Below, piece after piece: positions 1 through 9,881 of a stretch of 64,000 nucleotides of DNA. The stretch lies in IMG/VR virus record IMGVR_UViG_3300007513_000005; one strand, written 5' to 3'. The translations under genes were made by a program, and so were the position numbers. The stretch comes from a virus. Below the pieces are notes generated by a model that saw nothing but the letters and a program-made list of their open reading frames with translations, was not told where the DNA came from and did no database searches. Each line of letters opens with the position of its first letter. Within the stretch, counting starts at the first letter, position 1.

Positions 1-117
1 TACTCTGTCCCTAAACAAGTAAAACCAATACGCCCTAGTCTCTTTGATCAACAGCCCTGTACCAATATCTGTCATGATCATGTCGCCTGGTTTTACATTG
101 TACCTCTCTTCTATCAA
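1..117 (-). CDS. Small hypothetical protein, N-terminal part only (runs off window edge)
   Basis: Manual translation MIEERYNVKPGDMIMTDIGTGLLIKETRAYWF... from a TTG overlapping the upstream stop; not in the ORF track. Confidence 0.5.
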   Translation of the reverse strand, partial: MIEERYNVKPGDMIMTDIGTGLLIKETRAYWFYLFRDRV

Positions 118-239
118 TCTCTCGTTCTCCAGAACAGATAAACCTGAAGGACAAACAAGGCCACTATCGCGAGAATATACCATTGCCTGTTCTCCATCGT
201 TATGACACCATACCAATCGTTTACTTCCATAACATTCAT
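114..239 (-). CDS. 41-aa single-pass membrane peptide
   Basis: Manual translation MNVMEVNDWYGVITMENRQWYILAIVALFVLQVYLFWRTRD; ATGA overlap with the upstream ORF. Confidence 0.45.
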   Translation of the reverse strand: MNVMEVNDWYGVITMENRQWYILAIVALFVLQVYLFWRTRD

Positions 240-412
240 TCTCTCACCAAACTTAAATCCCCAGACCACACCCAAAGTCTCTGCTCACCGAAGAGCACTA
301 GAAGTTTGCCCACCTCATTTGGCTCCTTGAGTATTATACCATGCTTCACCTTGGGGGATAACAAGGGATCATGGTGCCAGTGAGTATATTTTACCAAATC
401 TCCGACTCTCAA
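236..412 (-). CDS. 58-aa hypothetical protein (xVGDLV, KOW/SH3-like small phage protein)
   Basis: Manual translation MRVGDLVKYTHWHHDPLLSPKVKHGIILKEPNEVGKLLVLFGEQRLWVWSGDLSLVRE; abuts the DUF2061 stop. Confidence 0.6.
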   Translation of the reverse strand: MRVGDLVKYTHWHHDPLLSPKVKHGIILKEPNEVGKLLVLFGEQRLWVWSGDLSLVRE

Positions 413-616
413 TTATTTGTCAACACCAAACCTTGTCTTGTACCACAACCTCTCATGAGTATAGTATAGGACCGTCTTGGTCAAAATCTCTATGCCACTA
501 AACATTGCTGCATAGTCAATGCTACCAGTCATTATCCACGATAATATGAACGTGTCCAGTGTTCCTACAATTCTCCACGTTAGCGCCTTAGCGACGTGTC
601 TCTTCTTTTGTACCAC
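413..616 (-). CDS. DUF2061-family small membrane protein
   Basis: KALTWRIVGTLDTF...LYYTHERLW pattern is typical of DUF2061. Confidence 0.85.
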   Translation of the reverse strand: MVQKKRHVAKALTWRIVGTLDTFILSWIMTGSIDYAAMFSGIEILTKTVLYYTHERLWYKTRFGVDK

Positions 617-649
617 TATTACCTCTCCTTTGTTTGTTATTGTTTATAT

Positions 650-678
650 ACTATACCAGATATGTTTTATGAAGTCAA
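650..678 (-). promoter_or_regulatory. sigma70-type promoter
   Basis: TTGACT-17 nt-TATAGT upstream of the DUF2061 gene. Confidence 0.75.
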
Positions 679-691
679 TCTTTTTTTTATG

Positions 692-1063
692 TTATGGTAG
701 GGGGCGTCCAATATAATTATTCCAGGCATATCTCTTTCTCTTTTCGAGATAATCTTCCTCGTCTTCGCAGTCATATGATTCTCTTTCGAATGGAATGTCA
801 TAATACGCCTTCCTGCCGTTGCCGTGTCTCAAGTATCCCTTCATCCAGTACCATCCGTAAAGAATTAGAAATCCGACAAAAAAGCACTCGATTTGCTGCT
901 GAAAATGGATACACTCGTGGCGCCTGGTTGTTTCGCCTACTTCTCCGCGACACCAGACAAAAATACCAAGATTAATCGCTCCGATCTCAATTGGAGCAAT
1001 CTTGCTCAACCAAACTGGGACTCTACTATTCTCTATGAAAATAGGCGTTAATGATTTCAGCAT
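692..1063 (-). CDS. Small HExxH putative zinc metallopeptidase-like protein
   Basis: RHECIHFQQQ plus downstream PFERESY motif. Confidence 0.6.
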   Translation of the reverse strand: MLKSLTPIFIENSRVPVWLSKIAPIEIGAINLGIFVWCRGEVGETTRRHECIHFQQQIECFFVGFLILYGWYWMKGYLRHGNGRKAYYDIPFERESYDCEDEEDYLEKRKRYAWNNYIGRPLP

Positions 1064-1313
1064 CAGTCTTACCTCCGTCGTAAACCCACAACCATTTTTT
1101 GTAGAGCCAACCTTGACCGTTTTCAGACCTCCTTAGATTAGTAAAATATGATTCATACTTAACTCCTGGGACCATCCGTACAAGGGCCTTATCGCTATAA
1201 CCGTCTCCTCTTTGCTCTATCCTAAGAAGTAAACCGATCCACTCGTGTCTTGGAAAAATATAGTGATGAACAAGGTCCCCCACTTTCGGTTCTTTTCTAC
1301 TGGTTCGTACCAC
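1026..1313 (-). CDS. Hypothetical protein (KVGDLV type)
   Basis: 95-aa ORF in the co-oriented array, preceded by the late motif. Confidence 0.65.
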   Translation of the reverse strand: MVRTSRKEPKVGDLVHHYIFPRHEWIGLLLRIEQRGDGYSDKALVRMVPGVKYESYFTNLRRSENGQGWLYKKWLWVYDGGKTDAEIINAYFHRE

Positions 1314-1318
1314 ATAAG

Positions 1319-1326
1319 TAACTAGT
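1319..1326 (-). promoter_or_regulatory. Putative late promoter motif ACTAGTTA
   Basis: Matches the motif recurring upstream of structural genes. Confidence 0.5.
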
Positions 1327-1442
1327 ATTTACAAGAACATTCTGTCTGCTGATATTCAATTTGCCTATCGTAATCCCTATACCAAAACACTACCGCAGTC
1401 AATATTAGAGACCAAAGTATTAAGGAAGTTTGTTCAAGAACT

Positions 1443-2000
1443 TTAGGCGATAGTTTGATAGTTAGTCACCTCCACGACTTTCGAAAGGTCATACTTATAC
1501 TTAGCAGCAACGTTTGGTCTGCTCCTACTTTCCGCTTCTTGGATTAGGAACTTGAGCCTCTTAAACAACAACTCACAGTTTATATAAAACTGAAAGGCTT
1601 TGACCAACACACTAACACCCGTGAAACTCATGGAGGTAGTATTTTCACTGAAACAAGTTCTGTCCTTCATATCGTTTCTGAACTCAATCTTCATCATTGT
1701 CTTAGACTTTAATGAGAGTTCCCTTCCAGCTGAATGATCTACTTGAAAATATAAATCACTCAACCCTATTGTGTCCAAAGACTTATAAGTTTCACCAAAG
1801 TGATTGACCAATGCATTAAATCCAGCGTCGACGAGACCAACTCCGTTACCAGAAAATTCTCTCTCTTCCGAATTGTACTGCATCTTCAATGTAATGTCTG
1901 TTTGGTTCCTTTCTTCATATAAATTAAGTGATAGTAGTTTTAACTCTACCCTCTCTTTAAGATATTCCACGAAATACTTCAAGATAAGATCTCTGTTCAT
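1443..2000 (-). CDS. Protein resembling a stand-alone LeuA/CimA allosteric (dimerisation) domain
   Basis: FSGNGVGLVDAGFNAL resembles the GxGNGPVDAxFxAL signature; later S-x-S...VLVKAF..IN resembles the DIxxASxxAxxxAxN helix. Confidence 0.5.
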   Translation of the reverse strand: MNRDLILKYFVEYLKERVELKLLSLNLYEERNQTDITLKMQYNSEEREFSGNGVGLVDAGFNALVNHFGETYKSLDTIGLSDLYFQVDHSAGRELSLKSKTMMKIEFRNDMKDRTCFSENTTSMSFTGVSVLVKAFQFYINCELLFKRLKFLIQEAESRSRPNVAAKYKYDLSKVVEVTNYQTIA

Positions 2001-2380
2001 ACTGTTGTCTTTTCAAATCCCTGTGAAACTTTAAAAATTTTGCGAACGCCTTTTGTTTGTTTGATCATTCTGAGGATCTTTAATTTTGCATCCTCTGGTG
2101 ATCTGATCATTCCTGGTAGACTAGGTATGAACTTTACCTTCAACCCTGCTATGTAATCTGTTTCTGATATTTTCTGATTCTTTACCATGATGGTTACAAC
2201 GGTGATACTAGGGATTGCTCGAATATCGGCAACGATGTCCTCCAACCCTCTATATCCTCTCTCACCGCCAGATTCGGACTTGTATCCTAACATCATATAG
2301 AACTGGTAAACGCCCGTCTGTCGGGAGCGATCCTGCCTTTCTTGGATGAGCGAGTCAAAATAATCTTGAACTTCTTTCAT
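1997..2380 (-). CDS. Hypothetical late protein (possible virion component)
   Basis: 127-aa ORF directly downstream of a late motif; N-terminal LIQE. Confidence 0.7.
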   Translation of the reverse strand: MKEVQDYFDSLIQERQDRSRQTGVYQFYMMLGYKSESGGERGYRGLEDIVADIRAIPSITVVTIMVKNQKISETDYIAGLKVKFIPSLPGMIRSPEDAKLKILRMIKQTKGVRKIFKVSQGFEKTTV

Positions 2381-2396
2381 AAATAATACCTTACAT

Positions 2397-2404
2397 TAAA
2401 TAGT
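2397..2404 (-). promoter_or_regulatory. Putative late promoter motif ACTATTTA
   Basis: Intergenic, 17 nt upstream of the ORF start at 2380. Confidence 0.6.
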
Positions 2405-2417
2405 CAAAGGTGGAAGT

Positions 2418-2441
2418 AAAAGAGGGGCAAAAGCCCCTCTT
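2418..2441 (-). terminator. Rho-independent terminator after hsp20
   Basis: AGAGGGGC-TTTT-GCCCCTCT hairpin followed by Ts on the minus strand. Confidence 0.8.
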
Positions 2442-2447
2442 ATGTAT

Positions 2448-2882
2448 TTAGTCAATCTTGATTGACAGTGGTTGTACCTCTGGGCGCTGCGGAACTCTAA
2501 CTGAAAGCAAACCGTTCTCAAACTGCGCTTGTGCTGCAGCAAGATCAAGGTTGTCGTCATAGTTAACGTACGTTTTCGTGAAGTTCCTACGGGCAATGCG
2601 TTGGCGCTTCTCGTTGTTCTCGTCTACCTGACCAGTTATAGTGATTGACCGCTTATCAGTCTGAATGTCAATAGTGAGTTCTTTCTTCTTGAACCCTGCT
2701 AGGGCAAACTCCAGAATTGTAGAACCATCGTCGTCTCGATAAATGTCGGCAACGGGATAGCCCTTTGTTGTGTGCTTAATCGCACCATCCATAAAGTGTT
2801 GATCACTAAACAGATTATCTAAAACTTCACTTAAGTACTTGTGACCCAGAAGTCCTGGTCTATGTATTGCTATGTTGTTCAT
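2448..2882 (-). CDS. Small heat-shock protein (Hsp20/IbpA family)
   Basis: YPVADIY...ALAGFKK...RIARRNF...AQFENGLLSV alpha-crystallin motifs. Confidence 0.95.
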   Translation of the reverse strand: MNNIAIHRPGLLGHKYLSEVLDNLFSDQHFMDGAIKHTTKGYPVADIYRDDDGSTILEFALAGFKKKELTIDIQTDKRSITITGQVDENNEKRQRIARRNFTKTYVNYDDNLDLAAAQAQFENGLLSVRVPQRPEVQPLSIKID

Positions 2883-2950
2883 GTTATTTCCTCCTTATTA
2901 AGCAAGTTACATTTTATGATCAAGTCCCGAAGCAACTCAATCATACCTAT

Positions 2951-2979
2951 ATTATAAGCACTGCCCAATAGAATGTCAA
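2951..2979 (-). promoter_or_regulatory. sigma70 promoter (perfect consensus) for hsp20
   Basis: TTGACA-17 nt-TATAAT. Confidence 0.85.
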
Positions 2980-3314
2980 TAGTAAAGTTGAATAAAAATT
3001 ATTAAAACCGCTAGTCCGAAACAGACCATAGTCTTGGGCGTGAGCATCGACTCTCCCAATAGAAACCAAGTCAGTATAGGAAATATGATCAGTCCTGCCG
3101 AAGACCCTATAAATCTTGCTGTCCATGCTGAACCAGTCTCATCGACAATAAACTTCCAAGAATACCAAAAAGCAAGTGAACACGGCACACCCAACACAAA
3201 TGCTGCAGTGATTGGTTTGTCTTTCCACCAGTCAGAGATATATTGAGAATTTAATTGAAACCACCCTACGATCTGGCCAACGAAAACCAGTACGATACCT
3301 AACGACATCTTCAT
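2976..3314 (-). CDS. Four-TM DMT/EamA/SMR-like membrane protein
   Basis: Four hydrophobic segments; C-terminal LLGESMLTPKTMVCFGL matches the DMT LGE motif. Confidence 0.6.
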   Translation of the reverse strand: MKMSLGIVLVFVGQIVGWFQLNSQYISDWWKDKPITAAFVLGVPCSLAFWYSWKFIVDETGSAWTARFIGSSAGLIIFPILTWFLLGESMLTPKTMVCFGLAVLIIFIQLYY

Positions 3315-3664
3315 CAGTGTACTTCCAGACTCAGCGATGCATCTTTTAAAAGTTTCTTAGACTCAGATAATGCCAACAAACATTTCCAAATGTTTGCTAT
3401 CTCTTCTTCTAGAAGTTCAAGTTCTCCATTTTCGTTCAACTCAACAACCTCTATCAGTTCATCCAGGAAATTTCTAAATATAAAAGCGTTGACGCAGATC
3501 TTGTTTAACTCCTGATAAACAGTCTCTGAGACGTTCATGTCCTCACAATGTGCTGCTCTCAAAAGTTCCTTACTGAAGCTCAAACACTCAACAGTCCATT
3601 TGCGCCATTCTTCCAGAGAATCAGGTTTGAACTTCAGTTTGATATCACTATCTCCCGCTGACAA
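3314..3664 (-). CDS. Hypothetical protein
   Basis: 116-aa ORF, start/stop overlap with neighbours. Confidence 0.65.
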   Translation of the reverse strand: MSAGDSDIKLKFKPDSLEEWRKWTVECLSFSKELLRAAHCEDMNVSETVYQELNKICVNAFIFRNFLDELIEVVELNENGELELLEEEIANIWKCLLALSESKKLLKDASLSLEVH

Positions 3665-4049
3665 AACCCTTACCCCAAAAATGTTTGCTGTTTCTTTCTT
3701 CTGTTATAAGCAATACACTGATAAACATATCTTCTTGCTTTCTAATCACCTTAGCACTGTGAAGTTCTAGACTTCCATACTTTGGTTTCCTAATTCTTCT
3801 CTGAAACTTTCTTCTTGGGGGAGGGGCATTTAGAAATTCTATACACCCGTCTATTAAATCTTCATCGGTAACCGAAGGCGGGATGGAGTCCTCGACCCTA
3901 ATCCTCGCAGCAATTACCCACTTCTTCGATGCGAACCCTGGTACATTCCAAAACATACTTCCATGGTATCTACCGAATTTAGTCTTGCCTTTTGCAAACT
4001 TCCTAATACCTTCATGTTCATAAATCGGTTCTAAATCACAACTAATCAC
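3648..4049 (-). CDS. Hypothetical protein
   Basis: 133-aa ORF in the operon. Confidence 0.65.
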   Translation of the reverse strand: MISCDLEPIYEHEGIRKFAKGKTKFGRYHGSMFWNVPGFASKKWVIAARIRVEDSIPPSVTDEDLIDGCIEFLNAPPPRRKFQRRIRKPKYGSLELHSAKVIRKQEDMFISVLLITEERNSKHFWGKGFVSGR

Positions 4050-4296
4050 TTAATTCGCCTTTCAGGTCATCACAACCACCAACTAATTTAACTATACCAG
4101 TTTCTCCGTCGATGCGCAAGACAATTGGTACCGTGCGGTGGTCATAAAACTTCTTCGCTTCTTCTAGGAACTCTCGATCGTCCTCTAGGTCAAAAAAATC
4201 ATATTCTATACCAGCAAAATCCAGGAGATGCACAGCCTCTATACAGTACGGACAAGAGGATCGCCCATAAACTAAATAACTTGTCCCCCTAGCCAT
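4042..4296 (-). CDS. Glutaredoxin
   Basis: CPYC active site, TVP cis-proline motif, GGCDDL. Confidence 0.92.
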   Translation of the reverse strand: MARGTSYLVYGRSSCPYCIEAVHLLDFAGIEYDFFDLEDDREFLEEAKKFYDHRTVPIVLRIDGETGIVKLVGGCDDLKGELSD

Positions 4297-4573
4297 TGAG
4301 AAGTCTCCTGGTGTCCTTCATAGACTTCAATACCTGTGCGTATTCTCCCAGGACTGTAATTCTTGCTACAGATGATCCCATAGAATATACAACTTCTGTA
4401 AACTTAAGGTCGTCTGCGGTGTTACCATTAACTTCCTGGATGTTCTGATGAGAAGGACTCACCGAGATAATAGAGTTTGTATTAATCGACATTGGTGTTG
4501 TGCTGAACACGTCCCTAACCAATCCATTATTAAATGCAGAATCTCTCGACAGTACATCAAGCGTTATCATCAT
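4289..4573 (-). CDS. Hypothetical protein
   Basis: ORF track 4289..4603; GGAGG RBS favours the start at 4573 (MMITLDV). Confidence 0.65.
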   Translation of the reverse strand: MMITLDVLSRDSAFNNGLVRDVFSTTPMSINTNSIISVSPSHQNIQEVNGNTADDLKFTEVVYSMGSSVARITVLGEYAQVLKSMKDTRRLLNG

Positions 4574-4844
4574 CGCTAGGTGCCTCCCTTTTTGGTTCCA
4601 CAAACATGGCTTTCATGAACCCACTCAAGATAGACTCACAATCAGCGTACGATTCGGAAAGGTCCGCAGATAACTGCCTCATTCTACCCAGGTCGTTCAG
4701 GGACTTAACTCCCAGATCACCTGCGTGGATTTCCTGCGTTATCTCTTTGATTTGTGATATCAAATCTTCGTTCTTTTTCACAATTTCTTTAATCTTATTT
4801 GGTATTTCTTCCAAATCGATCGTATAAGATACTTTTACCTTCAT
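4557..4844 (-). CDS. Hypothetical coiled-coil protein
   Basis: 95-aa ORF with RBS. Confidence 0.65.
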   Translation of the reverse strand: MKVKVSYTIDLEEIPNKIKEIVKKNEDLISQIKEITQEIHAGDLGVKSLNDLGRMRQLSADLSESYADCESILSGFMKAMFVEPKREAPSDDDNA

Positions 4845-4859
4845 TATTTCTCCGTGTTA

Positions 4860-5129
4860 TTACAAAACTTTAATAAGCAATGCACTTGCAAGACCCACGA
4901 CGGCCGTAAACAAAGTCCAGATAACCTTGGAAGATGTATCTCTCCAGGACTCAAGCGCCCTGATGCGTGCGTAGAGTCCCTCATCTGGGTTGTATACGGC
5001 TTCTTTGATCTTGCCGACATTCTCCATCATCTCATCCTGTCGATCCTTAACTGTCTCAATTGCTAAACATAACTTATCTAGTTTTCTAGTCAACTCTAAC
5101 ACCAAGTTCCTATCAAGATCTTCTGACAT
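4860..5129 (-). CDS. Coiled-coil protein with C-terminal TM helix (holin/XhlA-like candidate)
   Basis: RIRALESW followed by VIWTLFTAVVGLASALL; late motif upstream. Confidence 0.5.
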   Translation of the reverse strand: MSEDLDRNLVLELTRKLDKLCLAIETVKDRQDEMMENVGKIKEAVYNPDEGLYARIRALESWRDTSSKVIWTLFTAVVGLASALLIKVL

Positions 5130-5160
5130 TTATTAACCCTCCTGGACTTCATCCACACAA

Positions 5161-5168
5161 TAACTAGT
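5161..5168 (-). promoter_or_regulatory. Putative late promoter motif ACTAGTTA
   Basis: Intergenic, between the groEL stop and the holin-like gene. Confidence 0.55.
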
Positions 5169-5182
5169 TGCGACAAGGGCAA

Positions 5183-6766
<1,584 letters not shown>

Positions 6767-6783
6767 TCACTTTGTATGGTTAT

Positions 6784-6812
6784 ATTATAATCAAGTATAC
6801 ACTAGATGTCAA
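6784..6812 (-). promoter_or_regulatory. sigma70 promoter (perfect consensus) for groEL
   Basis: TTGACA-17 nt-TATAAT. Confidence 0.85.
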
Positions 6813-6820
6813 GTGGTTTG

Positions 6821-7765
6821 TTAGATTTTTTCGGCAGCGGCCTTTGTTTTGACAGTCTTCTTTATTGTCTTGGATTTTTGAGCGGACGTCTCTTTCTTTC
6901 CTTGGATCGATGCGTCAGTCTTAAACCTCTCCGCAGCAGTAACGAGTTCCTGCAGCGTTGAAAAGAGATTCTTAAATTTTGAATCAAGTGCTTGAAAGAG
7001 TTTTTCTGTATAATCAACAGCATTCGATAAGTCCAATGTTCCTATGTCCTTAAATTCATATATTGAATCCTTTAGTTCGTCGGGTTTTAACACAAACGTG
7101 CCGCCCTTGACCAACCGATTCTTCTTGTTTCGGGACAATGAAGATTCCATCTTGTTATATGCATCTATATTTATGACAAATCTATAGAACCTAATCTTCT
7201 GGTCTTCTGGGAACTTTTCGCCAACAATGTAGGTCAAATATCCATCCGACTGGAGATGTGTACGCAAGTTCTTGTAAGATCCTTGTACATTCGATCCTGG
7301 TTTGATAAATTTAAGTGACACGGGCATTCCTGGGAAGTCCACATCGGCCAAGTTAGTCGCAGTGCTCTGGATTACCTTACCACCGAAGATCTCAGCCAGA
7401 AGGTGCTCAAACTGATACCCTTTGGCTGATTGATTTGGTGCGGACAACAGATTGTGCAAAGTGCGTAAGACATCAACCTTAGCGATAGATGCTACATGAT
7501 CGTTGATATCTATCTCTTCAGTTAAGAACTGGTTCATTCGCTGAATAAAACTACTCAACTCTGCAATGCTTCCAGGAACAACGTTTGCGACAGCTGTCTG
7601 AAGTCTTTTTAAACTTTCTGGTTTGGTTGCGTCTGATGCATCATTCATCCAGTTGAAGTCCATAACAATTGGTTGATACTCTATTGTTGCTGGTTCTTCC
7701 TTGTTCTCCGAAATAGGTTTTCCAACTTTGGCGAACAACTCAACTAAAAGATCTAAATCACTCAT
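6821..7765 (-). CDS. Putative PD-(D/E)xK restriction-like nuclease
   Basis: KGYQFEHLLAEIFGG...ADVDF...PVSLK fits the E...D...(S/E)xK pattern. Confidence 0.5.
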   Translation of the reverse strand: MSDLDLLVELFAKVGKPISENKEEPATIEYQPIVMDFNWMNDASDATKPESLKRLQTAVANVVPGSIAELSSFIQRMNQFLTEEIDINDHVASIAKVDVLRTLHNLLSAPNQSAKGYQFEHLLAEIFGGKVIQSTATNLADVDFPGMPVSLKFIKPGSNVQGSYKNLRTHLQSDGYLTYIVGEKFPEDQKIRFYRFVINIDAYNKMESSLSRNKKNRLVKGGTFVLKPDELKDSIYEFKDIGTLDLSNAVDYTEKLFQALDSKFKNLFSTLQELVTAAERFKTDASIQGKKETSAQKSKTIKKTVKTKAAAEKI

Positions 7766-8529
7766 AGATAATCATCTGCGATCCCGTATTTGATCGCTTC
7801 CTCTGCAGATAAATAGGCATCAACGTTGTTTAAAAGTAACTTTTTAATCTTGTTCCTGGTTAGTTTCGTACATGAACAGAGGTAATCAAAATACATGTTT
7901 TGTAACTCTTTGGTTTCCTTCATCTCATTCTCAATATTGGGAAACGAACCGTGATGTCCACTAATGACACTATGAAGCATCACTCTGCAGTTCTTGCCGA
8001 TCTTTCTTCGCCCCTTTGTACCGCTGGCAAGGATCAATACCCCTGCTGACATTACTTTACCGATACCAATCGTTTCGATGTCACAATCTTGCTTGATTGT
8101 ACTCATAATATCAATGATAGAAAACATATCAGATACAATACCTCCATGAGTGGAGATGTACAACTTGAAAGGCTTCTTCACCTCAACCATACTACCATCT
8201 TCAATCTCCACAACCGATGTCTTGGTGTGATCAAAGTAAAGCATTGCCTGGACAACCTCGGCCGCCATTCGTTCTGAGATGTCCCCATAACAATTGATTG
8301 CTCGTATATCGTCCTTATCGTCCTTACCTGCAATGTTATTGACGATGTATATCGGTTGCTTTCCAGAATCAATGATTTCATCGGCAAAATCATTTGCCAA
8401 TTCTTCAAGGGTCTCTTCTTTCTTCTTTTTCTTCTTTTTGGAAGATTTTCTCGGCACTACGAATTCTCCAAAACTATTGTTTATCAATCCCTCTGGTGCT
8501 TCGACCTTCTTAGATAACTTTCTTGGCAT
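7762..8529 (-). CDS. clpP: ClpP-like protease with a Lys-rich N-terminal extension
   Basis: ISTHGG, VMSAG (Ser), VMLHS (His), VDAYLSAEEA (Asp); AAGGAG RBS favours the start at 8529. Confidence 0.92.
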   Translation of the reverse strand: MPRKLSKKVEAPEGLINNSFGEFVVPRKSSKKKKKKKEETLEELANDFADEIIDSGKQPIYIVNNIAGKDDKDDIRAINCYGDISERMAAEVVQAMLYFDHTKTSVVEIEDGSMVEVKKPFKLYISTHGGIVSDMFSIIDIMSTIKQDCDIETIGIGKVMSAGVLILASGTKGRRKIGKNCRVMLHSVISGHHGSFPNIENEMKETKELQNMYFDYLCSCTKLTRNKIKKLLLNNVDAYLSAEEAIKYGIADDYL

Positions 8530-8809
8530 TGTAAACTCTCTCCTTGTTTGTTGGCGTTTTTTCGACAATTCTGAACGGGAAAGTTCTTAAGAACGACTTC
8601 CACTTATTATCATTCTGAAACTCTCTTTGCAAAATAAGGATCGATTCCTTTCGCTTTGGACTAAATCCCGTAGAACATTCATTCCACTCACCCAACTCCC
8701 TTAACAAAGTCTTGACCTTTCGACCATCCTTATATCTTAATTGTATTCTACATACGACGGTCTTGTCGTCGTTCCTAACTTCTCTCCAAGCAACGATATC
8801 CATGCTCAC
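8510..8809 (-). CDS. Hypothetical protein
   Basis: 99-aa ORF in the operon. Confidence 0.65.
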   Translation of the reverse strand: MSMDIVAWREVRNDDKTVVCRIQLRYKDGRKVKTLLRELGEWNECSTGFSPKRKESILILQREFQNDNKWKSFLRTFPFRIVEKTPTNKERVYNAKKVI

Positions 8810-8811
8810 TC

Positions 8812-9162
8812 CTACTGTTTAAAATCTTTAAAATCTGTTTCCTGAAAGTACTTTATATAACTCTTTGGTGCACCTCTCAATATAATCGCTGTGCATACAA
8901 GATCCCACTTCCGTACGACCTCTTCTTCATTCGCACAAAGTTTTGAGATCTCTTCTTTTGAAAGTCCCGATTCTTCAAGATGTCCTTTCTTCATCTCGAA
9001 TGCAATCCTAAGTTGTTCTTTGAAATCTTGTGAAATCAACAGGAACTGTGCCATGATCTTCACAATCATGTCTCGCTGTTCCTTTGCGTGCATAAACCTG
9101 GAGAGTGCTCTTGTGAGCACTGCTCCAGTTACGAACCAAAATAATGAATAGGTTATTTCCAT
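8812..9162 (-). CDS. Hypothetical protein with N-terminal TM helix
   Basis: YSLFWFVTGAVLTRAL hydrophobic segment. Confidence 0.65.
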   Translation of the reverse strand: MEITYSLFWFVTGAVLTRALSRFMHAKEQRDMIVKIMAQFLLISQDFKEQLRIAFEMKKGHLEESGLSKEEISKLCANEEEVVRKWDLVCTAIILRGAPKSYIKYFQETDFKDFKQ

Positions 9163-9168
9163 GGTCTT

Positions 9169-9197
9169 ATAGTACCAAGTCCTTATGGTGGGGTCAA
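9169..9197 (-). promoter_or_regulatory. sigma70-type promoter
   Basis: TTGACC-17 nt-TACTAT upstream of ORF 9162 and the clpP operon. Confidence 0.65.
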
Positions 9198-9210
9198 GTC
9201 AAAAATCAGA

Positions 9211-9810
9211 TTACTTGCTTTTTTTAACAAGTGATTCAGAGATTCGCTTTGCAACTCTGCTTGCGATGCGCTCTGCGATCTCTTCGAGTTCTTCCTGATC
9301 TACTTCCTGAAGTGGTGCCTCTTCGTCGTCGAGTGGTTCCTCTTCAGCTGCTGGTTCATCAAGAGCAGGCTCTTCTTCATCGCCCAATCCCTCTTCAGCG
9401 CCACCTACTGCAGACAAAATCTGGTCGAGAATATCGCGAGCAGTCTGTAAAGAAGCAACATCACCTTCTGGGATATCAACCTCAACATCCTGTCCTTCTT
9501 CTGGACCTTCTTCAGCACCTAAATCGTCTTCGAGTCCTGGATCTTCTGGTGCTGGTTCTTCAGCAGCCATATCATCCTCAGCTGCATAGTCTAGTCCACC
9601 CTCTTCAACGGTCTCTTCCTCTAGTTCTTCCGTTGCCTCTTCGATCTCTTCTTCAACGGTCTCTTCCTCTAGTTCTTCCGTTGCCTCTTCGATCTCTTCT
9701 TCCTCACCAAAGACAAATGCCTTTTCGTGAATTGGTTTAAGTCCTGCTAGTTTCCAGAACCTCTTGGTTGTTGCCTCGTTTAAGAGTGCTTTCTTGTTTT
9801 CATTTGACAT
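9211..9810 (-). CDS. Highly acidic late protein, probable prohead core/internal head protein
   Basis: Very Glu/Asp-rich; RFWKLAGL resembles the scaffold C-terminal RMQRLAGI; late motif upstream. Confidence 0.6.
   Translation of the reverse strand: MSNENKKALLNEATTKRFWKLAGLKPIHEKAFVFGEEEEIEEATEELEEETVEEEIEEATEELEEETVEEGGLDYAAEDDMAAEEPAPEDPGLEDDLGAEEGPEEGQDVEVDIPEGDVASLQTARDILDQILSAVGGAEEGLGDEEEPALDEPAAEEEPLDDEEAPLQEVDQEELEEIAERIASRVAKRISESLVKKSK
9601..9700. repeat. Perfect 48-bp tandem duplication (EEIEEATEELEEETVE x2)
   Basis: 9603-9650 is identical to 9651-9698. Confidence 0.95.
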
Positions 9811-9851
9811 GTCATTCTCCTTATGAAAATAGTGTTTTTTGTTAACATTAA

Positions 9852-9859
9852 TAAATAGA
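9852..9859 (-). promoter_or_regulatory. Putative late promoter motif variant TCTATTTA
   Basis: Intergenic, upstream of the acidic protein. Confidence 0.5.
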
Positions 9860-9881
9860 GTCGAAACTTACAAAAAGGAGA

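Noticed and set aside
9231-9740. 169-aa plus-strand Leu/Pro/Gln-rich ORF with repeats
   Set aside because: Antisense mirror of the Glu-rich gene and its 48-bp duplication
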